NCBI GenBank assembly: GCA_028534125.1
Contig: CM052817.1
Coordinates: 50,036,001 to 50,100,000, forward strand
DNA length: 64,000 nt
DNA from: Lama glama
Taxonomy: Eukaryota
Direction: 5' to 3'
Shown: positions 51,301-60,233 of the stretch, in pieces
How the letters are laid out: the number at the start of each line of letters is the position of its first letter
Numbering within the stretch: position 1 is the stretch's first letter
Made by a program: the position numbers and the translations under genes
Notes under the pieces: generated by a model
Seen by the model: only the letters and a program-made list of their open reading frames with translations
What the model was told of the DNA's origin: nothing
Databases searched by the model: none

Positions 51301-54300
51301 CCATATATTTATGTTTTGCTGTTGGTACAACTCTGATTTATTGGAATTGATGAGGCATTAAAATTGCTATTTCCTCAGAAATGAGATTTTATTACTATAG
51401 TGAACAGATAATTTTCTTATTTGTTAAATCTATTTAGAGTCAGTCACCCAAAGGCTGTTTAAAAGTACTTGTTTTGTGCATAGCAGTGTAACCTTGAGAT
51501 TCAGAAATTTAAGGAATGGTCTTTACTTAACAGAATCTTAGAAATTAGGTTCACAAACAAATCATTATAATTTTAAAGCTGGAGGGGATTATTGAGATTA
51601 AGTTGAAATCTCATTTCTCTGATCATGCAGTTCAGTAATAAAGAAGTTAAAAGACTTCTTCAAAGTCATATAACTAGTTTGCAGCAGATTGAGGACTTGG
51701 AGTGAGTTGCTTCAGTAAGTACTAAATAATACATTACTGTAAATAGCAGTATTACTGGATGAAGTTATAGTAAGACTCAAGGTGAGTCACTCTCTCTCTC
51801 TCTGTCTCTCACTGGAGACACACATCCCTGAAACATTGTATATATATCAGACAATCTCTGCATCTTGAAATTGAAAATTAAAGATTTTAAGAATCACCAG
51901 ATTTTAAGAATGTTTAATATTATACCAGCATTTAAAAAATATTGTATCTAAGGTACATTTTTCAGTAAGTAACATTTTCAGTAAATAAGTATCATTTCAG
52001 GATCATGGGTTACTGGAGGACAACATTCAAAACACTTTTTTTTTTACTGACAGTTAAAGTAAGCTCAAAAAGGAGAAACAAAAAGAGCATCAGGACCCTT
52101 CAGTTTATATTAAGGCAAATCAAGGCAAGGAAAGGAAAATGTACATATGAGAGTAAAAGTGTAATTTACTATTACATCAATATAGTATATAGAATCCAGA
52201 TTTAAAATATTTTAAAATATTTTTTAATCCAGTCTTAAAATGTTATAGATTTCCAGGTGTTATTAAGAGAGTAAGAATAACACATTTAACTAACTAAAGT
52301 AATAGATAATCCCTGTGTAATTATTAAGGAACAATTAATAGGGGAGGAGGGCATAGCTTAATGGTAGAGTGCATGCCTAGCACGCACGAGATCCTGGGTT
52401 CAATCCCCAGTACCTCCATTATAAATAAACAAATAAACCTAATTACCTCCCCCTCTGAAATGAAAAAAAGAAGGAAAATTAAGGAACAATTAATAATGAA
52501 GATAAGCATTATGAAATGTCATCATTGAACTAATAATAGTTACCCATTAAACTGTAATGCCTTTGTTATAAAAAAAGAATATTGAATAGTAAATGAAAGT
52601 GTTTAACCTAATATTCAAAGAAATCCATGTTAAAAATAAAGGACACTTTATAATTACTCAGTAGAAATTATTGGAAAATTGTTATACACTTTCACTTATG
52701 AATATAATTTCATAATTTTTTCCTAGGAAAATAAATGAAAAGTTAGGGAAGCTGGGGGTGGGAGGGTGGCGAGTATAGCTGAGTGGTAGAGCGCATACTT
52801 AGAATGAATGAGGTTCTGGATTCAGTCCCCAGTTCGTCCATTAAAAAGAAGAAGTTAGGGAAGCTGAATATACATAGTTATTCATTGTAACACTGACAGT
52901 AATTGCAAGCATTAGAAACTACTGAAAATGTGCTACAGGAAGAAAATGGCTATATTTATATTTTGACTTAGTAATAAATAAACCATTATATGATAATCAG
53001 TTATATAGCACTTAGATGTTCCAGGCACTGTACTAAACATTTTTATATTAATGTAAGCATATTATTTTGAAGAATAGCCATCTGGAACACCTTTAGGATA
53101 AACATTTAAGCAAACTGCAAGACAGAAAATTCTTTTTATTTTTTTCTGACTAGAATTTAAAAATGAAAATGACAGAGATGTGAAGGAACTACAGAAAATA
53201 ACATGTTACTAGATGATTATATTTGATTTTTATTTCTTCTAAATATTGCCTTTAACTTCATAATGAAAATCAGAGTTAAAGTTTAAAAAAAAATAATGGA
53301 GTATTTTTACATTTTAAAAAATGAAGCACACTTTTAAATATACGCTCTTGAGAAACAAAAAGAGCAAGATGGAGAACCAGCATAGGCTATTAACTCTTTC
53401 ACACTCAGTTCTAGATAATCAGTAAGAGAGAAAGTAGCACAGAAGAATTAACAAATTAACTGTGGGAGTTGGTTGTGGAGCTCTACTAGAAGACAAGAGG
53501 ATATCAAGAAATGGAAAATATGAAAGTTTAGTGATACGAAGAACAGAAAAAAAAAACAAAAACAGAAGGAGTTAAAATCCAAATGACCAAAAGGTAGAAA
53601 TACTTGAAAAAATATTTCCAGACAATAATTGCTCCAGAACTAAAAAACAAAGTGACAGCAACACATTAAAGGAACCAGAGTTCCTTGGAGAGATGTCTGA
53701 TTTCAGGCCCGGGCTGAGCTTGAAATATTTTTATTATACGTGATGGCAAACTGTCAAAGACCATTAAGATTGGCTCGTAAGATCTCAGAATCGAACTTGA
53801 AGACACACTACCTGGACAAAGATGCGAAAACTTGAGTATCAATAAGAATAACTTCAGTGGATTGATATACATCAATTATATCTAAATCTGTGAATTTCTA
53901 AGACTACTACAAAAAGAAAAACTTAATTCAACACTGTTAAAGAATTCTAGGCCGCCAACCCTTAACAACAAATATGGTAAATAAAGGGAAATAATTAAAC
54001 ACTTATTCTGCTGTTCTCATATAAACTGTACTATTAGGTAACCAAATGATAAATGAGGGGAATTTTATCCTTCTTGGTAATACTCCATTTTAACATTCCT
54101 TCTTCATTTATTAATTAGAATATTTCTGTTCCAATTAATATTTCTGTTTACAACACCTGATAAATTATTGGATCTATGATCAGTGTCTGCTAACATCTAA
54201 AAAGTGTATGACCAGATATTATGTGCCTTCAAATGGAAGTATACAACACTGTCTATGAAGTAATCTTGCCTCCCCTACCTTTTAAAGAACAACAACAATA

Positions 54301-57300
54301 AAAAAAAACACCTCACACACACCACCACCTGAATTTGCTGTAGTCCTTAGAACTACCAATTCACAGGAAATAAAGAATACCGTAATCTTAAAAAAAAGGA
54401 CACAAATGAACTACTTATTATTTATAACTTAGATGATTGATTTCTTGAAAATGTGTAAGCACATTTGACTGTCCTTTGTGATTGGATTACTGCATTCTGT
54501 TGATTCTTATTTTGTGGTTGGCTTTATTCCTTTGATAACTATGCAAGTTTAAAAAGCTAAGGCTCTAAACTGTTCTTAGAAGTAATGAACAGTACATGTA
54601 TGTAAATTTAAAAATATGTGCAATATATTGTATATATGTATTTACATGCAATACATTGTATATGTGCAGTCAAATTGTATCATTTTAGCTAGTAAAACTG
54701 AAAAATGATAAAAAAAAATAGCAGACTTTTCAAATGACATCCTGGGGTTATAATCAGCAAAATCCAGCTGTGTAAAGATTTTTAAAACAAATTTTGTTTC
54801 TTGATTTCTTTAATAAATAAACTGCAAGGAATTAAAAAGAGAGAATCAGGTGGAATGTATAGATCAGGGTTCTCAACCATGGCACTACTGATATTTTGGA
54901 CTGGACAATTCTTTGTTGTAGGGAGACTGTCCTGTGCATTCTGAAATGTTTAGAAGCATCCTTAACCTCTACCCACTAACTTCCAGTAGTATCCCTTTAG
55001 TTACGAGAATTAAAAATGTCCCCAGCCATTGCCAATTGTCCCCTGAGGAGCAAAATCGCCCCCAAAGTGAGAACCATTATAGATTGCGTGATTTAAAAGG
55101 TAGATCAAGTAGTGACCATGTGTGCCTCTTATTTGGATCTTGATTCAAACCCTTAAAAATATGATATTTAAGAGATAATTGGAAATTTGAATACTTAGTC
55201 GGCATTTGATAGTAAATATCCATTTATTTTTAGGTGTGATAACAGTGTTGTGGTCATGTTTTTAAAAAGGACTTTGTTCTTTTAGCACACATTGAAATAT
55301 TTATAGGTGATTTATGATGCTAGGCATTCATTTCCAACTAATATGGCATGGGGAAAACAGACTCTGAATAAAGCAAGTTATTGGGGTTTGATATTTATTC
55401 ATGGGAGTTCATCATTCTATTTTTGTGTATTTCAAAAGCATTCTTAGTAAAATGTTTGCAGAAACAGGTATGCCTAGAAGCGCCAAACTGAATAGATAAT
55501 GAAAAAACGCCTAGAAATATATATGCTTGACTTTCTGGGTAGTGTGTGTATTACCTTTTTCTCTTTTTTCAGGCAAAACTTTTTGGCTATAATAAAAAAA
55601 TACTTATTTTATTAAGTTATAAGAGGACCTTTAGAAACACTTTATGAACTTTTTCCATTTACGGGGTATATTGTAGGGGCTAAGAACATGGATTCTGGAA
55701 TCAAATGCCTGAGTTCAAATCCTAGCTCTTCCATTTACACTGTGACCTTGAAAAGTTACACCCCTCTGTACATCATTCTCTTCATCTGTGAAAAGCTTTT
55801 AAAATAGTATCTATCTCATTGGTAGATGCATACATTGAATGAGTAAAAGGAAGTGCTTAGAACAGTGGCTGGCATGGAATAAGTGCTAGATCCTAAGTGC
55901 TTGTTGCTCTTGTTTTTCTGGTATTTTAGGTTCATATTTTTAATAGTAGTAAGAAAAGAGAAAGAAGGAGGAGGCATAATCCTCTGAGGCAAAATATTCT
56001 TCATGGCTGAATCTCAAAATTTGAATCTCAAAGTTTGAAAGGCCCTACACTTTGTATTTAGTTGTCTAAAAAACAGGTCATTGCCAGATGCTATCTATAA
56101 AATGTAAAAATTTGCCATGTTTGAATACGGAAGCCTGTATGACTGAGTGCTACATTACCCTTTTTTATTTTCTTAATGTTGATTCTTGTTTAAATGTATA
56201 ATTTTTTTTTTGCTTTTTATTCTTTGATTCGTCCGATTAAGTTGCGTGTCCCAAGCATGTAACCTTTAAAGAGGTGCACATAAAACAGCTATTTTTCTAG
56301 TATATCTAAGTGATATTACAGTGGTTGTTCTGAATTTTCATAAACTAGTAAATAAAAAGGAAGAGCAAAAGAAATTTCTTCCTGTATTTGTTTTCTGTTA
56401 CTTCTGTAACAAATTACCACGAACTTAAACAACACTCATTTATTATCTCACAGTTTTGTAGGTTAAAAATTGAGTGGGCTTGGCTGAGTGCTCTGTTTAG
56501 AGTGTCACAAGGCTGGAATCAAGATGTTGGGAGATCTGCATTCCTCTCTGAAGGCTCTTAGAATAAATCTGCTTTCAAATTCATTCAGGTTGTTGGCAGA
56601 ATTCAGTTTCATGTGGCTGTAGGACTGAGGTTCCTATTTGTTCACTGGCTGTTGGCCAGGGTGTCCTTCTCAGCTTCTAGAAATAGCCTACACTCCTTGG
56701 CTCATGCCTTTCTTATCTTTAGCACCAGCAACAGTGAAAGTCCTTCTCATGCTTCAGATTTCTCTGACTTCTCCTCTGCTTCATCTCTCCTCTGCTTCCA
56801 GCAGGAGAAATTTCTTACTTTCAAGTAAGGCTCATGTGATTAGATAATCCAGAATAATTGCACCGTCTCGAGGTCTCCTTTGCCATGTAACATAACAGAT
56901 CCTAGAGATGAGAGCATGGCCATCTTTGGAGGTCTGTTATTCTGCCTACCACATTTACTTTAAGTTTCTTTGGAGTGTACTTGTGGTGTTATAATTTGAA
57001 ATGAAACTTAATTTTTAATTTTACAGGTTTTTTATGTTAATTTTGGTGACCTTTTATGTACCTTACATGAAACACCTTATATAATAACAACTGGGGATTC
57101 ATTCTATGTTCCTTCAGGTAAGAATAATTGAAAACATTTTCTTTTGCATAGTTAAATATTTATATAGTAGCTCATGAGCATCATGAAAATGGAAGCCACA
57201 GTGGTCAAAATGAAGCATGATATGACTTATGCCAAAGAAGTTTGGTGCATGTTTTCTCTTAATTTTATCAATAGATAAGTATATCAGGGTTTTGATACAT

Positions 57301-58717
57301 GAAAATTGACTGAGTATACTAATTGCTATGTATAAAAATATTTAGTTAGGAGGTATGTTGTTTTCTGGGTAGAAGGAAAATTATTTCCCCTGTGTTCTCT
57401 CAAAGACATTAAGTGGTCAAACAATTTTTAGTAGGTAATTTTAAACATACAGAATAGTGTGCTTCATCAGCTATTGACGAGCATAAGTCTTTGGAAACAG
57501 CAATTTTAATTTGTTCATTTGTTCACTCATTCATTCAACAAATGTGATTGAGTGTCTTCAAGCATTGTTTAAGGGTGTGGGATACCTAAGTGAACAAACA
57601 GGCAAAACTCCCTACCCTCATGGAGCTTACATTCTTAAAGGAGACAATAATAATACCTATGTTTATATAGTCCTTTGTATGTGCCAACACTGTTGTGAAC
57701 ACTTTACATTTATTAACTCAGTTAATTCTAATATGTATTAATTTCTAATATATAGAAAATCAGTACTGTAAACTTGCCTTTAAGTGAGGCTGTCCATCTG
57801 TATTTCACTTTTGCTGTTATTTATTACTCAATTTATTTAAGAGTAGCATTTGCCTCCGTTTAACTTTCAGGTTTTATTTTACTTAACATTTTGTCTTTTA
57901 TACTTATCTGTATATTATCTGTGTCTGGTGTAGGGGAATCCATAGCCATTCCAAATACATAATAACAGTTAGGTTCAGAAAGTCAGACAGAGAAAGTCAG
58001 ATACTGTATGTTTTCACTTATATGTGGAGTCTGAAAAATAAAATAAACAAATGAAAATAACAAAACAGAAACAGACTCACAGATATGAAGAGCAAACTAG
58101 TGGTTACCAGTGGAGAGAGGGGAAGCGAGAAGGGGCAAGACAGAGATAGAGGATTAAGAGGTACAGACTACTAGGTATAAAATAAATAAGATACAAGTTT
58201 GTAACGTACAGCACAGGAAGTATAGGCAATATTTTATAATAACTTTAAATGGGGTATAATCTATAAAAATATCAAATCACTGTTGTATATCTGAAACTAA
58301 TACTAACCATTGTAAATCAACTATATATAAATTAAAAAACCAAAAAAACACAATTGGGTTCAGAGAAGATTTTCTTCCTTCCTGTACCCTTATCTAATTT
58401 GTTTTTGCATTCATTTTAAGAATGATGTGAAATTTACATTCTTTCAAGCCTTATCTGGATCACAGGTGGTGGTTAACTCTTGTATTTTTCAGTTCATAGA
58501 ATTAAATAGATTTATTTTAGATTAGATGATTTTTTAAAAATTTGACACTATATACTGTAACTGCCTTAGTGCTGACTACATATTTATTCAAAAGGAAATG
58601 ATTCCTATGGAAATAAGTTCTAACTTCCTTATCACTTTTTTTCTAGGTAATTATTACAACATCAGAAATCTCCTGAATGAGGAAAGTGTTCTTCTTTTCA
58701 CTCAGATAAAAAGTTGA
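1570..58717 (+). CDS. CENPC: CENP-C (centromere protein C), spliced CDS exons 2-19; 5'-partial because exon 1 is outside the window
   Basis: 18 GT-AG exons join in one frame (2844 nt). Product has the N-terminal Mis12-binding segment [18 protein letters not shown] and EFIIDE motifs, central motif [16 protein letters not shown] motif [20 protein letters not shown] and a C-terminal cupin domain ending VLLFTQIKS*. Confidence 0.98.
1960..2300 (+). mobile_element. Old L1 (L1MC-like) 3' UTR fragment
   Basis: gatctttgtggtgatggaactg...ttcttacaattgtacatgaatctacaatt resembles L1MC 3' ends. Confidence 0.6.
2759..2829 (+). CDS. CENPC: CENPC exon 3 (71 nt) [23 protein letters not shown]
   Basis: ttttttag|G...GAAAAAA|gtaagg. 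Confidence 0.95.
3499..3593 (+). CDS. CENPC: CENPC exon 4 (95 nt) [32 protein letters not shown]
   Basis: ttttttag|GT...GAG|gtaagt. Confidence 0.95.
4103..4612 (+). mobile_element. Internally deleted non-autonomous Tigger1 (TcMar-Tigger) element with both ends
   Basis: TA|tagacaaaccttgttttattg...gcaaccct... at the left and ...caatatctcccaggtatgcct at the right match Tigger1 termini. Confidence 0.85.
5735..6205 (-). mobile_element. Old L1 3' end fragment
   Basis: ttgagataattgtagattta...taatctgttctccatttctac...ttcattcctttttattgct-like motifs. Confidence 0.65.
8300..8826. mobile_element. MER21-like LTR
   Basis: gagtctggaggaatccatgccaggcttcct...aagcaggtgtttaccataaatcccattgttt...caggcctgctacattaac. 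Confidence 0.65.
9268..9367 (+). CDS. CENPC: CENPC exon 5 (100 nt, or 106 nt from 9262) [33 protein letters not shown]
   Basis: tttttagactcag|TGC...TCAG|gtttgt; two in-frame acceptors. Confidence 0.9.
9725..9975. mobile_element. MLT1 (ERVL-MaLR) LTR fragment
   Basis: tttctgtgggtcaggaattt...gaaggcttgactggg. Confidence 0.7.
11037..12105 (+). mobile_element. L1 ORF2 3' end fragment interrupted by a solo LTR
   Basis: aaaatatttgc...acaacccaattaaaa...agacatttctcca, resuming after 11635 with gcaaatcaaaacc...ggaatattattcagcc. Confidence 0.8.
11237..11634 (+). mobile_element. Probable solo ERV LTR nested in L1
   Basis: TG start, TATATA near 11396, AGTAAA at 11561, ends ...ggttagcaac; cleanly splits contiguous L1 sequence. 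Confidence 0.6.
12130..14525 (-). mobile_element. Cluster of old antisense L1 fragments, including an L1MB-like 3' end at about 13605-14525
   Basis: T-rich L1 antisense motifs such as actggcttatttcacttagcataatgtcctcaag and gatggacatttagg. Confidence 0.75.
14373..14452. repeat. (TTCC)n-like simple repeat
   Basis: ttccttccgttcttccttcctccttccc...ccttccttcc. Confidence 0.85.
16039..16324 (+). CDS. CENPC: CENPC exon 6 (286 nt) [14 protein letters not shown]...[10 protein letters not shown]...KTKK(R)
   Basis: ttcttctag|TT...AAAAG|gtgaat; overlaps ORF 16068-16328. Confidence 0.96.
16424..16520 (-). mobile_element. tRNA-Ala(AGC)-derived SINE (vic-1-like)
   Basis: Reverse complement reads ggggagggtacagctcggtggtagagtgcatatttagcatgcacaaggtcctgggttcaatccccagtacctcca plus an A tail. 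Confidence 0.85.
16531..16835. mobile_element. MER5A-like hAT element interrupted by a SINE
   Basis: caaagtgtg...agacctactgaatcagaatctacattttaataagattc...tttgagaac. Confidence 0.7.
16600..16701 (-). mobile_element. tRNA-derived SINE, degenerate copy
   Basis: ggggattgaactcaggaccttgtgca...attgagctat preceded by a T-rich tail. Confidence 0.7.
17107..17322 (+). CDS. CENPC: CENPC exon 7 (216 nt) [11 protein letters not shown]...[16 protein letters not shown]
   Basis: ttttag|G...TCCAG|gtgagt; overlaps ORF 17132-17326. Confidence 0.96.
18291..18396. repeat. Compound (TG)n/(TA)n/(CA)n microsatellite
   Basis: Directly visible dinucleotide runs. Confidence 0.95.
18748..19112. mobile_element. MLT1A-like LTR
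   Basis: tgtcttggtccatttgggctgctataaca...ggaggctgggaagtccaagatcaagg...aaggccccaccctcaaataccatcac. Confidence 0.85.
20335..20945 (+). CDS. CENPC: CENPC exon 8 (611 nt) [11 protein letters not shown]...EDEFIIDES...SWITIPRK...QLLPV(G)
   Basis: ttttgttttag|T...GTGG|gtaagt; open frame throughout. Confidence 0.96.
22781..23265. mobile_element. MLT1 LTR
   Basis: tgtattaattttc...ggagagaatctgtttccctgc...ataatccaggataatctccc...catctttgggaggccatt. Confidence 0.8.
23350..24100 (+). mobile_element. L2 fragment
   Basis: CT-rich L2 3' motifs ending ...tagactgaaatctctatgagaatagggactgtatct. Confidence 0.6.
25283..25450. mobile_element. MER5A-like element
   Basis: cagtgcttttcatacttg...cttgttaaaata...ccaggtgatgctgat...accacatttt. 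Confidence 0.6.
25770..28550 (-). mobile_element. L1 5' portion: GC-rich 5' UTR, partly deleted ORF1 and start of the ORF2 endonuclease
   Basis: Minus strand starts gggggatggccaagatggcagag; ORF 25765-25968 ([25 protein letters not shown]) is L1 endonuclease-like. Confidence 0.85.
29440..29631 (+). CDS. CENPC: CENPC exon 9 (192 nt), central CENP-A nucleosome-binding motif [11 protein letters not shown]
   Basis: ttgttttag|GA...CAGA|gtaagt; ORF 29421-29666. Confidence 0.97.
29790..32030 (-). mobile_element. Long L2 fragment, interrupted by an LTR at about 31460-31928
   Basis: gggatacagctg...ccctgctctcatagg...tagagcacg...ggattttaagca...aagcctgactggaatgggttcaag. Confidence 0.75.
31460..31928 (-). 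mobile_element. Solo ERV LTR
   Basis: TG-bounded block of higher GC and CpG; minus-strand TATAAA (31618-31623) and AATAAA (31521-31526); flanks rejoin as L2. Confidence 0.7.
32030..32535. mobile_element. MER21-like LTR
   Basis: agggaagctcattaga...gcccaagatttttattgggg...aattccagactccc...ccaagggctaactttacaagcaggcctttc. Confidence 0.75.
32735..32995 (-). mobile_element. Young 5'-truncated L1 3' end with a perfect 16-bp TSD
   Basis: TSD cagctcttggatttta at 32719-32734 and 32996-33011; (TTTA)n and poly-T tail. Confidence 0.85.
33741..34371 (+). mobile_element. 5'-truncated L1 3' end
   Basis: ctcctacattgttggtgggg...aatgaaataatgccatttgcagcaatatggatggacctagag...cttcaataaaa; degenerate TSD atatgtaccctctgat / atatactctctgat. 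Confidence 0.88.
34530..35670 (-). mobile_element. L2 fragments with a nested MER5A-like element (about 34820-34995)
   Basis: ttaggcactgggaatataaagat...gttaagaggctgttttaatgatccag...gatgactcagatttct. Confidence 0.65.
35884..36175 (+). CDS. CENPC: CENPC exon 10 (292 nt) [12 protein letters not shown]...[14 protein letters not shown](G)
   Basis: cctttag|GT...TCTGG|gtaatg; ORF 35919-36179. Confidence 0.93.
37195..37358 (+). mobile_element. tRNA-Ala-derived SINE, long form, with TSD
   Basis: gggtatagctcagtggtagaatgcatgcctagcatgcatgaggtcctggattcaatccctagtacctcca; TSD aaata(c/t)taaggcaa at 37181-37194 and 37359-37372. Confidence 0.9.
38120..40850 (-). mobile_element. Old L1 (L1MB-like), about 2.7 kb of ORF2 3' end and 3' UTR
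   Basis: Continuous antisense L1 motifs such as ccattttacattcctaccagcagtgtatgagg, gcacaaaagtttttaatttt and gagttgggaagtgttc. Confidence 0.85.
39725..39822 (-). mobile_element. tRNA-derived SINE nested in L1
   Basis: aatggagttactgggaattgaacccaggacctcg...ctgagctgt. Confidence 0.8.
41489..41632 (+). CDS. CENPC: CENPC exon 11 (144 nt) [14 protein letters not shown]...[16 protein letters not shown]
   Basis: ttttcatag|A...GGGAG|gtatgc. Confidence 0.93.
41669..42190. mobile_element. MLT1 LTR just after exon 11
   Basis: tgtatttgctacctattgccatgtaacaaattacccc...gaaagcttgactgg...aagtcactaagtc. Confidence 0.8.
42799..42881 (+). CDS. CENPC: CENPC exon 12 (83 nt) [28 protein letters not shown]
   Basis: ttctttcttaag|T...TCAG|gtaagt. 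Confidence 0.9.
43050..43580. mobile_element. MLT1 LTR
   Basis: gctgggctggaagtccaaggtgacttcttcac...cactaaggccagc...ttaccaca. Confidence 0.7.
44009..44068 (+). CDS. CENPC: CENPC exon 13 (60 nt) [20 protein letters not shown]
   Basis: tttgcag|AT...TTAG|gtaaat. Confidence 0.92.
44950..45650 (+). mobile_element. Degraded L1/HAL1 ORF1-like region
   Basis: A-rich, with ggaattccagaaagaaga, acacctctagatata and aaggatagaggaaagcttccaga motifs. Confidence 0.5.
45688..46235. mobile_element. MLT1 LTR
   Basis: ttagctgggttctctg...gtggttgttagcagaattcagttcctt...gtctgctac. Confidence 0.8.
47051..47139 (-). mobile_element. tRNA-derived SINE with degenerate TSD
   Basis: ggggattgatcccaggaccttgtgtgtgctaagcatgtgctcttccactgagctgtgccctcccc; flanks tagactgggaga / tagattgggaaa. 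Confidence 0.88.
47780..47884 (+). CDS. CENPC: CENPC exon 14 (105 nt), CENP-C motif [35 protein letters not shown]
   Basis: tttttacag|TA...TCAG|gtaaac; signature PLEYWRGER. Confidence 0.98.
48668..48796 (+). CDS. CENPC: CENPC exon 15 (129 nt) [19 protein letters not shown]...RICLDNDER
   Basis: atttcag|GA...AGAA|gtatga. Confidence 0.94.
49401..49496 (+). CDS. CENPC: CENPC exon 16 (96 nt) [32 protein letters not shown]
   Basis: ctttttgcag|AG...ATGG|gtaaga. Confidence 0.96.
50780..51020 (-). mobile_element. MIR
   Basis: cattttatagaaaaggaaatggaggcactgagagg...aaggtcacatagcttgtaag. Confidence 0.75.
51132..51286 (+). CDS. CENPC: CENPC exon 17 (155 nt), cupin domain [11 protein letters not shown]...[10 protein letters not shown]
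   Basis: ttttcccttag|AT...TTG|gtgagt; ORF 51065-51361. Confidence 0.97.
52341..52477 (+). mobile_element. tRNA-Ala-derived SINE, long form, perfect 18-bp TSD
   Basis: TSD attaaggaacaattaata at 52323-52340 and 52478-52495; A box and B box (ggttcaatcc). Confidence 0.92.
52755..52851 (+). mobile_element. tRNA-derived SINE, short form, perfect 15-bp TSD
   Basis: TSD aagttagggaagctg at 52740-52754 and 52852-52866. Confidence 0.9.
54865..55078. mobile_element. MER20 (hAT-Charlie)
   Basis: cagggttctcaaccatggcactactgatattttgg...ctgtcctgtgcatt...cattgccaattgtcccctg...gagaacca. Confidence 0.9.
55670..55905 (+). mobile_element. MIR
   Basis: taagaacatggattctggaatc...gagttcaaatcctagctct...tgtgaccttg...aagtgcttagaacagtgg. 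Confidence 0.8.
56383..56953. mobile_element. MLT1 LTR
   Basis: tgtatttgttttctgttacttctgtaacaaattaccac...gttgttggcagaattcagttt...ttattctgcctaccaca. Confidence 0.85.
57027..57117 (+). CDS. CENPC: CENPC exon 18 (91 nt), cupin domain [30 protein letters not shown]
   Basis: ttttacag|GTT...TCAG|gtaaga. Confidence 0.97.
57980..58349 (+). mobile_element. 5'-truncated L1 3' end with degenerate TSD
   Basis: acagaaacagactcacagata...gtacagcacagg...ttgtaaatcaactata; flanks acagttaggttcaga / acaattgggttcaga. Confidence 0.85.
58647..58717 (+). CDS. CENPC: CENPC exon 19 coding part [23 protein letters not shown]
   Basis: tttttctag|GT...AGT TGA. Confidence 0.97.
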
Positions 58718-58857
58718 AAGATGAAGCAGAGTTTAAATACATGTGTATATAAATATATACATACATACATGTATATAAAACACATTGTGCAGTTGAGATG
58801 TTTATATATGTAATTATTTGTAATGTTTTAAAATATTCAGTTTTGTGTACTTGTTTC

Positions 58858-58863
58858 AATAAA
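58858..58863 (+). terminator. Proximal CENPC poly(A) signal AATAAA
   Basis: AATAAA about 140 nt after the stop, with TGTA motifs upstream and T-rich sequence downstream. Confidence 0.7.
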
Positions 58864-58990
58864 CATTTCAAACTCCCATATGTATCTTCTAATTTTTTCA
58901 TGAATATGCACATAACCTGAGGTGATGTCCACATTCATAGTGTTTTAATAACATGACAGGAATACCAAAATCACTGCTCCCAGTGATATG

Positions 58991-60233
58991 CAGGTGCACC
59001 TTGGAGATACTGTGGGTTTGATTCCAGACCATCACAATAAAAGAGAAAATTGCAATAAAGCAAGTCACATGAAGTTTTTGGTTTTCCAGTATGTATAAAA
59101 GTTATGTTTATACTATACTGTCATCTCTTAGGTGGGGAGTAGCTTTATGTTAAAAATTAATGCACATACTTTAATTTAAAAAATACTTTATTGCTGAAAA
59201 ATGTTAACCATAGTCAGTACCTTCGGTGAGTCATAATCTTTTTGGTGGTGGAGGGTCTTGCCTTGATATTGATGGCTGCTGACCAATCAGGATGGTGATT
59301 GCTGAAGGTTGGGGTGGCTGTGGCAGTTTTTTAAAATAAGACAATAATGATTGATTGCTGCATCTGTTGCTTCTTCCTTTTACAAATGATTTCTCTGTAG
59401 CATGCAGTGCTCTGTGATAGCATTTTACCTACTATAGAACTCTTTCAAAATTGGAGTCAGTCCTCTCAAACCCTGCTGCTGCTTTATCAACTAAGTTTTT
59501 GTAATAGTCTAAATCCTTTGTTGCCATTCAGCAGTCTTTACAGCATCTTCATCTCAAGAAACCATTTTCTTTGCTCATCCTTAAGAAGCAATTCCTAATC
59601 TATTGAAATTTTACTAGATTTCAGTAATTCAGTAATATTTTCAGACTCTACTGATTCTAATTCTCTTGCTATTTCCACCACATCTGCAATTCCTTCTGCT
59701 GAGGCCTTGAACCCCTCAAAGTCATCCATGAGGGTTGTAATCAACTTCTTTCAAACTCCTGTGTTCATGTTGATATTTTGACCTCTTCCCATGAATCCTG
59801 AATGTTCTTCATGGCATCTAGAATGTTAAATCCTTTCCATTGAAAATCAGATTTCCTTTCCTTGTGTTTACATTGAAAATCTGTTTAGTGTAGACACCTT
59901 CATGAATTATCTTAGCCAGATTTGGGTAACTTGCTGCAGCTTCTACATCAGCACTTGCTGCTTCACCTTGGACTTTTATGTTATGGAACTGATTTCTTCT
60001 CTTAAACCTCACGAGTCAACCTCTGCTGGCTTCAGACTACTCTTCTGCAGCTTTCTTACCTCTCTCAGCCTTCATAGAATTGAAGAGAGTTAGAGCCTTG
60101 CTCTGGATTAGGCTTTGTCATAAGGGAATGCTGTGGCTGATTTGATCTTTTATCCAGAACACTAAGCCTGTTTTGCTTTCTTATCTGTGTGTTCACTAGA
60201 GTAGCACTTTTAATTTCCTTCAAGAATTTTTCC
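58991..60233 (-). mobile_element. Tigger1 fragment with transposase remnant and one terminus
   Basis: caggtgcaccttggagatactgtgggtttgattccagacc terminus; ORF 59818-60012 [22 protein letters not shown]...KQIFNV is Tigger1/TIGD1-like transposase. Confidence 0.92.

Noticed and set aside
59818..60012. TIGD1-like or CENP-B-like gene
   Set aside because: A short frameshifted and deleted transposase remnant within a decayed Tigger1
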